The notes under the pieces: model-generated
Seen by the model: the letters and a program-made list of their open reading frames with translations, nothing else
What the model was told of the DNA's origin: nothing
Database searches by the model: none
Position numbers and translations under genes: made by a program
Assembly: GCA_964016885.1 (NCBI GenBank)
Contig: OZ024743.1
Coordinates: 276,024,001 to 276,088,000 of the forward strand
Source of the DNA: Eledone cirrhosa
Taxonomy: Eukaryota
Direction: 5' to 3'
DNA: 64,000 nt
Shown here: piece by piece, positions 24,733-37,330 of the stretch
How positions within the stretch are numbered: position 1 is the stretch's first letter
Layout of the letters: each line of letters begins with the position of its first letter

Positions 24733-25580
24733 ACTGGCAGTATCGGTAGAGCGTCGGACACCATGCTTTTCGGCACAAAGTTACGGTCCTTTACGGTCTC
24801 TGTTTAAATCCAGTTGAGGTTAGCTTTGCCTTTCATCCTTATGGTGTTGATAAAATAAAGTACTAGTCACACACTGGAGTCGATTTAATCGACTTTTCTA
24901 CCCCCACAAAAATTGCTGGCCTGGCGCCTAAAGTTTTTTTTTTTTTTTTCTTTGCTATTGTGTGGTTGATTGGCAGAAGTGTTTAGGTGTCGGACAAGTG
25001 GTTTCTAGCATATACCTATGTTTTTTTACATTCTGAGTTTAAGTTTGTCTTTCATCATTTCAGGGGTCGATAAATAAAGTGCAATTTAAGTATATAATCA
25101 ACTTTCTCCACCTCAAATTGTTGAGCTTTCACCTAAATTAGAAACCATTATTGCGGTGGATTGGCAGTATCAGTAGAGAGTCGGGCGCCATGCTTTCCAG
25201 CATAGTTACGTCCCTTTACGGTCTGAGTTCAAATCCCGCCGAGGTTTACTTTGCCTTTCATCCTTACGAGGTCGATAAAATAAAGTACCAGTAATGCACT
25301 GGGTAATTGCTGGCCTTGTGCCCAAAGTAGAAACAATTATTATTAAACAACAAAAGGGGCGGTGAATTGGCAGTATCGGTAGGGCGTCTCAAAAGATGCT
25401 TTGTGGCATATATTCACGGCCCTTTACGTTCTGAGTTCAAATCTCGCCGAGGTTTATTATGCCTTTCATCCTTACGGGTCCGATGAAATGAAGTACCAGT
25501 AACGCAATGGTGTCAATTTAATCGACTTTCTTCCATCCCCTTGAAATTGCTGGTCTTCTGCCAAACGTAGAAACAATTAT
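24733..25580 (+). mobile_element. Tandem array of 4 family B SINE copies on plus
   Basis: Heads at approx. 24733, 24965, 25152 and 25357; each inserted at the (ATT)n tail of the previous copy. Confidence 0.9.
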
Positions 25581-26204
25581 ACAAGAAAATTATATAATGT
25601 GTGTATGTAACTTTGTGGTTATGTTGGACTCACGACCATAAGGTTGTGCGCGCGCGCGCGATATTTAGTCTGGGTAGTGTCGTGTTGATTTCACGTTAGC
25701 CCCTATCATTAAAACACCTGGTGGGGTGCAACCACATAGAAAGGCCAACTAAACTCTAAATTTCGTATATCATATATATATATATATATATATCCCCAAG
25801 AATATTAGTTTTAAAATTATCATTAAAAAAATATATAAAGATGCAATTTCAACTGTTAATCATTTGTGATATGATCAATTAAAAACAGAGAGAGATTTAT
25901 TTCTAGACCACTCTAGAAGTTATCTCAAGGCAAAAAAGAAACAACTAAATCAATAAAAACACAAAACAAAAACATTGCCTTGATGTAGTAACTAGAAGCA
26001 TTTTAGAAATAAATTGCCTTTGCTGATAATAAAATTCTTTCCACTTCAGTTGCGATCTGTAGAGAATGAAGATGCTATTCTTGTGTGTGTGTGTGGGGGG
26101 GGGGGGGGAAGATATTGTAATGTGCACTGTGTCAAAGAGATTAAAATCTTGCTAACTTTGTGAAGAACTACTAATCTTTTAACTATACACCATAATTAAT
26201 GGAA

Positions 26205-26235
<31 letters not shown>

Positions 26236-27143
26236 TATTACCACCAGCAAAGAGACAAGATGGCGATGATGATGATGAGCAAATAAACAACAATAACAAT
26301 AGAAATTCTATCTTCCCATATTCAGATTTTGAAGATTAATATAATGGTGGCAGTGTCGGTGATAATGTTGGTGGTGGTGTCGGTGATGGTGGTAAGAAAA
26401 AGACGACCAAACAAGGAGGAGGAGGATAAACTGAACTCAATAAACAAAAATTATTTTTTAAATAATTATCAAATTCTATTTTGGACCCCCCCCCCCCCCT
26501 CCACCACCACCACCACCACCTTCTCCCCCATACATACATTCCTTGCCATTTCTTTCTTTGATATCCAATTGACCCGACATACAGCAACAGCGAAGAAGTG
26601 GAGTTGATTTGAGGACCAAAAGTTAAGAAGGAACAAGAAAAGTTGAGTAAACAAAACAACCTGACATAGAAAGAGTGGGGAGATGAAGGGATGGAGTGAA
26701 GAATCATTAAGAACCTATTGGATAAAACTGAATCACAGTTTGTTAAGTATTTCAGATTGGAAATGAATCCTTATCATTAGGAATGCACCTGTGTGTGTAT
26801 CTATGTATGTGTGTAGGAATGATGTATGCATGTATTGCTCCTTCTTTCTCTTATGTAAACAGCACTACTCATATACAAATTCTATAAGCTACTGACGAAG
26901 AAGAAGAGGAAAGAGAGGGAGATAGGAGAAAACAGTGCCACGACCAAAGCCAGAACAGAAAGCTGCTGCCAAACAACAAGAGATGAAAGGGCCCCGCTTT
27001 CGCTTTGGCGCTTTGATCTTACAAGTTAAGATATGGTGTGGTGTACTACACACATCAAAGGCTCGTAAGCCAAAATACGAAAGGGGAGGAAAAAGCTAAA
27101 TTTTACCTATTTGAAAACTCATCTCAACTGTTACCCCCAAAAA

Positions 27144-27182
<39 letters not shown>

Positions 27183-27792
27183 AAATATATAAAAATGATA
27201 AATATAAAAATTTAATATAAAATAAAATAAAGAAGGAAAAGAAAAAATGAACGAATAAAAATAGGTTTTTGGAGAAAATACTATCAATTACAAGGAAAAC
27301 ATGTCCATTAGCTAATGGTCATTAGATATACTTCAAGAGAGGAAAGAAAGAGGAGGAAGATTCTTTCACAATAATATAAGTGAGTGTGTGAAGAACGAAT
27401 GACAGGAGAGAGAGGGATGAGGAGGAGGGGGGGAGAATCGTACACGTTTGTGTTTACATACATAAAAAATACAGTTAGCACTAGTAACGTCACAAACATT
27501 ATATACAAAGAAGGAAAAAAAAACCACCACCCAAACATCTAAGAAAATTTCAGTAGTTATAGTAAGAACCAATTGCATTATATTTTATAGCATCAAAAAA
27601 TAGAAAGAAAAAAACGAAAAGATATTATAGTACACCAAAATCTTTATCTTGTGTATGTATATACACACATATGCGTGTTTGTGTGTATGTGTATATTATC
27701 TATCCATCTATGACACAGACACACACACACACATATATATATATATAATGAAAAATTTGAACAGGGACAGAACAGAGAGGCAGTACAATAAA

Positions 27793-27831
<39 letters not shown>

Positions 27832-27893
27832 GATTATATATAACTTAAGTGTCGCTGTGTGGTGAAAGCAGTGTCCCTCGGTGCAGTTTATGT

Positions 27894-28118
<225 letters not shown>

Positions 28119-28405
28119 GATTCCGTTTTACTAGGCAAAAGGACAATTTTACATGAGTGAGAATCAGTTCAATCGAACTCTGTTTATTACCGGTAGTCAT
28201 TTCGAAAGAGCTAGGTTGCTGAATTATAGGTACGACGGTGTTTATGCGGTTAAGAAGTCTTGCAAACATGTGGCTTCAGGCTTTATCCCCATTACATTGC
28301 ATTTCGGGCATTTGAGATGAGAGAGAGTGAGTGATAGTGTGTCTGTGTCTCTGTATGTGTGTAAGGGGGGGGGGGGTTCAATCGGGAGAAACCACAGTAA
28401 GTGAA

Positions 28406-28530
28406 GTACTCAATATATTAGTAGAGTATATACAAAATTTAATATAGAAATGGCTTCTACAGGGCTAGAACTGTTTCATTCGAAAGAAATCATCAGTTCT
28501 AGTCCCGGAGAAGCCATTTCTATATTAAAT
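28406..28530 (-). other. Fold-back element: 37-bp-arm palindrome with hammerhead core motifs in the loop, plus conserved tail
   Basis: Arms 28437-28473 and 28494-28530. Minus reads ...AGAA-CTGATGA-TTTCTTTCGAAT-GAAA-CAGTTCTAGCCCTGTA... Confidence 0.8.
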
Positions 28531-29667
28531 GTTATATATATATATATATATATATATGAAAAAATGGGGAGAAGAATACTGCAGGTTGCACATGGATAAC
28601 ATGTAATAAAATAAGTCCCTCATCAGTGATTTGCCGACGATCATAGATATTTCATTGCATATGTGCGTGTGTGTCTAATTCGACATATGTCACCAATGGT
28701 GGTGGTGGTGGTGGGGGGGGGGGGGGTGATGTTGATGAGCCGTATGCAGGCACTACTAATGTTATAGTCGAACAGAAGCAGTGTCAGTCGACCATATATC
28801 GTATCATCATCACTATCTAACGTCTATATTACACGTTTGCATGGGTGAGACGGGTTTATCACACTTTCAATATTTGGCTTGGTGCACTTGCTAACGCCAG
28901 CCACTTTACAGCGTGTACTGGGAGCATTATATCGTGGCATCAATACTACTAGCTTACAGGGTGGACTAAGTGTTTTTTTGTTTTTTTTTTTATCCCGGCA
29001 CCAGCACTATCACTTTACAGAATGAGCTGGGTTTGTTTTATAGTAGGATCAGCACTGCCACACTACAGAATGGGCTGGGTGTGTTTTACTGTCGAATCAG
29101 CACTACTATAATACTAGAGCAAAGTAGAATATAATAGAAAAATATATCCAGGTGAAAGAAAGAGGACTAGATGTAGCCTTAAACTAACCCTTAAAATACT
29201 TGGGTATGTGTCTCTGAAAGAACTAAGGTCACTTGTAGTGACATGTATTCCTAAGACGCAAGGTAAACATCACATACTCTTATTGTTTATTTAATTTACT
29301 AACTTCATTTTTCTGTAAGACAGTTTCATAGTCCACTAGTCACATCATAGAACTTGAATAATGACTAACATTTTGGAATAATATAATAAATTTTAAATGC
29401 TACCAGAAACCTATTATTTGAGATGTAGGCAATTGTTATATAGTAAATTTAGTCGTTTCCGGTCAAGATATGGTAACATTAAGGTCATCAATTAACTGTA
29501 TCTATTGACACACCAACTTCACCTAAAATATAGTGTCTGGTTTTACCATCTTACGATAGTTGACACGCACTATATATGTGTGTGTGTAAAACAATAAGAC
29601 AAACAATACAGTACAGTGAAGATTATATATGTATATATATTAGATCAATGTTTGATATAAGAAAAGG

Positions 29668-29703
29668 TCTTGAAGTTTCGGACGCTAGTCTTTTATCAGA
29701 AGA
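29668..29703 (-). ncRNA. Degenerate minimal hammerhead ribozyme
   Basis: Minus reads TCTT-CTGATAA-AAGAC-TAGC-GTCC-GAAAC-TTC-AAGA: stem I TCTT/AAGA, stem II GAC/GTC, core G8A. Confidence 0.5.
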
Positions 29704-30299
29704 TAGACTGAGAAATAAATGAAGAAATAGAAAGATAGAGGAGAGTGAGAAAATGGAAAGCTGAGTAAAGTAGAAAAAACAGTTTCAAACTTTAGAAAGT
29801 GTGAACTATTAAAATTTTTAAACTATCTAAGGTTTCATAAAGCCAAAGGTGATAAATTGTTGTTTGTTGTAGCTCTCTACAGCCGAATATCAAATCCTGT
29901 GACTACAAATTTACTTTTCATCCTTTTAGAATCGATGAATAAAGTACCGGTCCAAAACAGTGGTTTGACAGAATTCTTGTAACGTCGGGTAGGGTGCCTT
30001 GCGGTATTTGATTCGGTTCTGTGTTTTATAAATTCAAATCTCAGGTCTCCTGTCACCATAAAATGGCAACATGATAGGACAGAGGGCTCATATCGGTAAA
30101 ACATCCACGGCACCTTCTGTGGTATGTAACCTAAGCTTACACAGGTGGAATGAACCACCGCCGGTTTTGACGTTGTGTTCCAGTTGTTCGATCAACAGAT
30201 GTGCAAGTGGCTTAGCATTCCAGATTCGTACTCTTAACATACTTAATCCGACAGATTCAGTATGATACAGTGTGTAGGGATGGCCTATTACATTTTAGG

Positions 30300-30473
30300 T
30301 ACAGCACATCTGACGAACTTATAAACGGTTTCCATCAACCTAATTTTAATCACACGGTGTGGGTCGATCCGAGACTGTGGTGTAAATATAACTTGCCCAA
30401 CATGTAAGGCAGTGGAATCGAACCCGGGAACTGATGATTAGAAGCAAACTTCTTAACCATTCGGTCATGCCTC
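30300..30473 (-). mobile_element. Family C tRNA-derived SINE (related copies at 46772-46925 +, 41093-41240 +, 14955-15095 -, 56935-57062 -)
   Basis: Head GGCATGACCGAATGGTTAAGAAGTTTGCTT...GGTTCGATTCCACTGC on minus; tail motif TAGATGGAAAC. Confidence 0.75.
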
Positions 30474-31889
30474 GAATATATCACCTATCTAGTTACACTC
30501 GTAGAAGGCGTAAAAACAACCACAATCACAAAAATCCACATCATGCTTTTCTAAATCACTGTTTCGTTGGGCTTTTGCATTTTTTAGACACCTAAGAAAC
30601 CTTCCGAAAAAAACAATCTTATAGGATGTTGGCTAAATCTTCCAACAAAAATCACCATCACACTTTTCTAAATCAATGGAGACATTAGAGAGGGGCTTCA
30701 GAAATTTTTAAACCTCTTATGAAATATAACCTTATTAGGAGGTTGACTAAATCTCAACCACAAAAATCACCATCATACTTTTCTAAATCAATCTGTTGTG
30801 TTGAGAATATTAGAAGGGGAGGAGCTTAATTTTGTGTTTTTTTTAAAGCACCCAAGAAACCTCTTGTGAAATGTAACCTTATTAGGAGGTTGTCTAAATC
30901 TACACAGGTAAAAAACCTCAACCACAAAAATCAATTTGTTGTGTTGGGTATATTAAATGGAGGAGGAGCTTTAAAATGTAACCTTATTAAGAGAGTGACT
31001 AAACCTACACAGGTAGAAACTGTGCTAACAAAAGCCTCGACCAGAAGAAACACCACCACCACACAGTTTTCCAAATCAATTTGTGTTATTGTATATGTTA
31101 TAAGAGGGGCTTTGAAATATTTTATTTCTACACATACTTACAACACAGTTAATTCATTGTAGCTTTTGGACCATAGATTCTTAATTAACAAGTGCAAAAA
31201 CTAACACCGAAATCTTATTAAAGATCAAAGTTCTTCCTTCATAAGATGTTTGGCCTACTGTAAATCTGTGTTATTTCATGGGTATAATTGAATTTTTCAT
31301 CAAAGCAAAAACAAAAGTTTCTGTATACTTTTTTGGTTGAATATGATCTGAAGTTCATAATAAAATATTACATCTACCCCCACCTACACAGATAGATACA
31401 TACATTCATATATACATAGACAGACACACAGATAGATAGATAGATACGCGCGTACACATACATACAAACAGACACAGATAGATACACACACACACACAAA
31501 TAGAAAAACACACATACATATACACAAACACATACACACATACACACACAAACAAATAAATACACCTACATATATATGTTCACACACCACAAGCACAAAA
31601 TAACAATTAAGGCCTGTTCTAAACCAATAAATAAAACTACAAAATAAACTACTGCTGACAACACCATTACAACTGTCTCTGCAATTATCTAGATAAACTT
31701 ATTTGATGATGGGTCAGAGAGCATTGAAAAATATTTATTCTGTAAATTAAATTTTCGCAGCTATTCTGAGTGAAGGCTGAGCTTAAATTACACATGAATA
31801 TATCGTGTAGAACATTTCAATCAGGATAGTGTTATTGTTATCAAAGGTCAGGTTAGTCCTTAGCCGTTCATTTCTTTGGCGGAGGCGAA

Positions 31890-32806
31890 GGAGGGGGGGG
31901 GGGGGGCAAAATATAAGTACCAGCCAAGTATTAGGGTCGATATAATCAACTTTCTCCTCTTTAAAATTGCTGGACTTGTGACAATGCTAGAAAGAATTAT
32001 CAGCCTTAATAGGGCTGTGGATTGGCAGTATCGGTAGAGCGTCAGACAACAAGCTTCGCGGTATAGAGTTACGTGCCTTTACGTTCTGAGTTTAGCTTTG
32101 TTTTTCATCATTACGGGATCGATAAAATAAAGAACCAGTCACGCACTAGGGTCGATTTAATCGACTTTCTCCCTCTCATAAAATTATTAGCCTTGTTCCT
32201 AACTCAGAAACCATTATTAAAATGGTAGATAGGTTAGGTCATTTGATCCGACTCTTTACGTTCTAAGTTCTAATCCCATTGAGGTCAATCTTGCCGTTCA
32301 TCTTTCCGAGGTTTATAAAATAAAGTATCGGTCATATACCGAGATCGATATAATCGATTTTCCTCTTGATAAATTACTAGTCTCAGCGTCAGACACCATG
32401 CTTCACAACATGGATACGGCTCTTTACGTTATGCGTTCAAATCCTGTCGAGGTTAGCTTTGCCTTTCATCCTTACGGGGGTTGATAAATAAAGTACCAGT
32501 TACGCACTGGTGTTAATTTAATCAACTTTCCCCTCCCCGCGAAAATTGCTGGCCCTGTGCCTATATAAGAAACCATTATTATTATTATTATTATTATGGC
32601 GGTGGATTAGCAGTATCGGTAGAGCGTCGGACAAAAAGGTATTGCGGTAGTTATGTCCCTTTATGTTCTGAATTCAAATCTCACTGAGGTTAGCTTTACC
32701 TTTCATCCTTCCAGGGTCGATAAAATAAAGTACCAGTCAAGTACTGGGGTTGGTATTATCAACTTGCCCTTTCCCTAAATTGTTGAGCATAGAAATCATT
32801 ATTATT
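31890..32806 (+). mobile_element. Tandem array of ~6 family B SINE copies or fragments
   Basis: Heads at approx. 32011, 32385 and 32598 plus partial copies; same internal blocks as above. Confidence 0.88.
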
Positions 32807-33702
32807 GTGTATCACAAAAGCATATATGCGAGCGCGAGCACACACACACACACTTCTTAGGAATAATCATCCTTCAAAAAAAAAAAAAAGTTTCGTTCAC
32901 ATGTCTTGAGCTGGTAAAGACTTATGGTTAAGAAACTTGCCTACGGTGCCACACAGTGGGATCGAATCCATGAGATCATGACTGTTAATTACTGAGTCAT
33001 GCCTGCGAGGTACTCAAATTTTACACAAGAACGAGCAAGGCGTGGTCTTCTGACATGGTTTGGGAAGTCATTAACACCAAACAAGAACTATCCAACCCAT
33101 GCCAGCATGGAAAGAGGACATGATGACGATGATGGTGTAGTACATGCGCGCACAAATTAAACCCAAAATTCTATCTGCTAGTGGGTTGACACAATATATC
33201 TCTTCAGAAGTGATACTACGGCTGAAGAATATTGGAAGAATGGAATATGAAAAGGAAAACGAAAAACCGAAAAGGAAGAGAGAGAGAAAACTCAAAAACA
33301 AAACAAAGCAAAACAACAAACAACAACTGAATAGCGACTGTTTAAAAGGCAAGTACTTTTTAACAATTTCATTGAAGAATCTATGAATTGAAATAAGAAA
33401 GAAAACAATTTCTCTCTCCTTCCCATCTACACCACCTCTTCTCAGACATGTTAGAAAATAAATGACACATGATGGTGATGCTTAGAAGTATCGTTTCTAA
33501 TCTCTGAGTTATTACGAAGAGATTTCATCATAAAATGTTTTCAAGTACGGCAGTATTAGATCTCTTCAGTCAGTTAATGGCCAACTCACCTGTCATATAT
33601 GATCAAAATAAAAACCACTATTTTCAACAAAACAGCAGCTCAACAGTCTTCTAATACAAGTGGATAGGGAAGAGAGAGAGATGGGGGGGGGATAAGGAAA
33701 GC

Positions 33703-33769
<67 letters not shown>

Positions 33770-35107
33770 GCAAGAAAGAGAGAGAGAACTGCAAGAAAGA
33801 GAGAGAGATGGGATAAGAGAGAGAACTGCAAGAAAGAGAGAAAGAGAAATAGGGTGAGAAAGAGAAAATAAAATATGTAGAAAGAAAAAGAGAGAGAATG
33901 TCTATGTATCACTGCCACAACTGTCATCATTTTCACACCCATTTTTCCATGCTGGCACAGCTTAGATGAGATGTATTTAGGGAGTATTCTACAGCTCCAT
34001 ACCTTTCCTCACACCAATCACTCCCTGTTGTTTTATTTTTGTTGTTTTTTTTAAAGTATAGTACTTTATTTCCCTGATCTTCACATGCGGAACTGATGAA
34101 CTGTGGTGGGACAATTTGTTCATGTAGAACATTAGCAAACATCACTGGATGCTCATGTGGTATGAATGAGAAGACACACGGAGACAAATACAAAATATAT
34201 ATATTCACACACGTATATATATACACACATACAATGAGCTTCTGTATAGCTTCCAACTACCAATTTCGTTTACATCTGTCCAAAGTGCCACACAGTTGAG
34301 TTGGACCGAAAACTACATGGTTGTGATGCAAGGATCTAATGAATCTACAAAAACTACAATACAATATCACAACTGCATGTGTGTAAATATACATGTGTGT
34401 GTATATAAATATATATATATATATATATGTCATCAACATCATTTAGCGTTAATTTGTTCATGCTTGCATGGGTTAAGACAGGTCGTCCACGTTGGGCAAC
34501 AAGTCTGGCCAAAGTTGGCCACACCATACTCCAACAAGTACTGTAAATTTGGCCGGGTATTTTACAGCTGGATACACTTCTTAACACCAACCATATTGAC
34601 AGCGAGAGAGAGAGAGACTGAAAAGTTCATAGCTGACTATGAAGGAGTGATGCTAGAGCTGCAAAATCTTACAGGCATTAATTTCAACTCAGCTTATTAA
34701 TAACTGCATTGTTTTCTTTCCAGCTACTATGTTAAATAAATCTCATTTGGTTATTTATTCCATGAGAGTATCTTGGTCAGCCAACCCTAATATGTATGTA
34801 TGTATGTATGGATACACACACACACACACATATTCCATTGTAAATGTATGCAAAATGGAAGTGCAACTTAGACACCTTTTAATGGAGTAGCATTAAATAA
34901 AGATTTCTATAGTTATCTATTTATTCACTGACTGCTGGCTTTAAAAAGTAACAAAACATCAGATTGCTCCTAAAGCTTGGAAAGCAAGTAAAAGACTAAC
35001 CCATGGGGTCTGGGGCCAATGTTGGTGGTTAGTGATGATGATGAGATTGAGGACTGTCTGTGTGTATCATCACTGTTTTACATCTAATTCTCTCTCACAG
35101 ACACACA

Positions 35108-35207
35108 CAGTGTTCCAAAAAAATGTATACACACTTCGATTACCTGCACAGGCAATATTTATTAGAATGGTGTTAAAGTGTGTATAGATGTTTTGGGACA
35201 CCCAGTA
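35108..35207. mobile_element. ~100-bp Tc1/mariner-type MITE (second copy, inverted, at 42772-42860)
   Basis: TIRs GTGTTCCAAAAAAATGTATACACACTT / AAGTGTGTATAGATGTTTTGGGACAC, ending at TA. Confidence 0.7.
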
Positions 35208-36417
35208 TGTATATATTTAAATATATATATGTGTGTAATCAATCACTTAATGGTGTGTGCGTGTGCGTGTGTGTGTGTGTGTGTGTCAATCAGCAGACCT
35301 AAATAGTTCATAAATGTCTGGTGGTTTTCTAAGTTGGTCAAGGCAACACAAATATTATATATTCTTTTGTCATCAAGTAAAAACTCTTTCCTAGCAACAA
35401 GCTACACACTTAGATATCAATATTGGAAAATGAAGAAAATACATTAAGCAGATCATAATGTTTGGTTAACAAATATCTCTATGGCATCAATATCTGCGAT
35501 AAATACACCAAGACACAAGTTGGTTTCACCGTTTATTTCTTTCGATCAAACAATATTATCTGGCAAAAATTATGTTCAAGCCTTCTTGAACAGTAGAAAG
35601 CTAATAATGTGAAATGTTTTATAGTATGTGTAAGACTAAAGTATTTTAAGCTTAAAAGATTATATGTATGTATGTGTATGCATATATATATATATATATA
35701 CACACATACATGTGCTGTGTGTGCAGAAAAATTCAAATTTACAACTTCAACCTATGCAGGATTTGTCAGCCTCCTGTAAGGTTGCATCTCGTGTGTGTGC
35801 GTGAACATACACATGCATGCATATATGCATACATATATATATGCATGTGTGTGTGTGTACGTACACACCTTTTAGATTAAAAGCAAATATTTTTTTACAA
35901 GCTGTTTATGACAAACTTTTATATACAAGAAAATTGGTTAATTTCTGAATAAAGGATTTTATGTTGATTAGCTATAAATAAAAAAAAAAATTAAAAAAAA
36001 TCTGATTGTATCAATATAGAAGGATGTATATATATACATACCAGGCAGATGGTTTGAATCCATTGAAAATTCACAAAGTTTAGGTATGAAGTATAACATC
36101 CACAGACATTAGGTAGGAAATTGGATAAAATACCTCACCTAGGTTATTTCGATAGAAAAGTACTTACCTAAAAAATAAAAATAAAATACATATATTAATT
36201 CAGCTGTTATAATCAACATTAAACTCATAATATTGGCATAAAGAAATAATCGTTAAAAAGGTTAAAAAAGAAAAACAAATAAATTATATACTTGTGAAAC
36301 AATACAATGAGTGAGATGAGATGTAGACAGAAGACAAAACCTGATCCACCAAGTCCCAATAATCAATTTATAGTTTAAGTGCATAAGCTATACAAGAAAA
36401 CCTAGTTACAATAGAAT

Positions 36418-36488
<71 letters not shown>

Positions 36489-36765
36489 TGCACATACTAA
36501 GAGGACTTTAATCTTATAAACATTCATCCATAAACAACAATGGAATAATGGAATGAATGATACATGGATGGTAGTGTGATGAATTTCAACTATTTGGAGA
36601 AAGTATACATTTTGGGCAAGTTTCTTCATTACCATAGTTTTCAGTGTATAGGTAGCACATTTTTATTCAAAGATTTTACAGTAAAATCTACCTGCATCCT
36701 ACTACTACTACCACCACCACCACCACCACCACCACCACCACCACCACCACCACCACCACCACCAA

Positions 36766-37330
36766 TAATTGTTTCTACTTTAGGCACAAGGGCAGCAATT
36801 TAGGGGGAGAGGAAGTCGATTAAATCGACCCCAGTGCATTACTGGTACTTTATTTTATCGGCCCCGTAAAGATGAAAGGCAAAGCTAAATTCAGCAGGAT
36901 TTGAACGCAGAACGTAAAGGGCCATAACTAAATACTGCAAAGCATTTTGTCCGACGCTCTATCGATTCTGCCAATCCGCCACCCTACCACCACCACTAAT
37001 AATAATATTAATAATTCTTTCTACACATGGCTAGCAACTTGAAGAGATGGGGAAAGACGATTAAATCAGCGCCAGTTACTGTATTTTATCGACCTCGGAA
37101 AGATAAAAGCAAAGTTGACCTCAGCAGGATTGGGATTTTAACTTGGAATGTTACGGGTGGTGGATGTAACAATCCTCTAATCCATCACCCTCAAACAATG
37201 GTTTATAATTTAGGCTCAAGGCCAGCAATTTGTTGAAGGAGAAAGGAAAGCCACTTACATCAACCCCAGTACTTAACTTGATTGAAAAATGAATGTCAAA
37301 GCTGAATTTGAACTCATAACATAAAGGGCT
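36766..37330 (-). mobile_element. Family B SINE: one full copy (36766-36982) plus two decayed copies
   Basis: Full consensus readable, including the GTCGATTAAATCGAC palindrome. Confidence 0.88.

Noticed and set aside
28600-28640. Additional hammerhead (minus CTGATGAGGGAC at 28615-28626)
   Set aside because: No closing stem II or GAAA follows.
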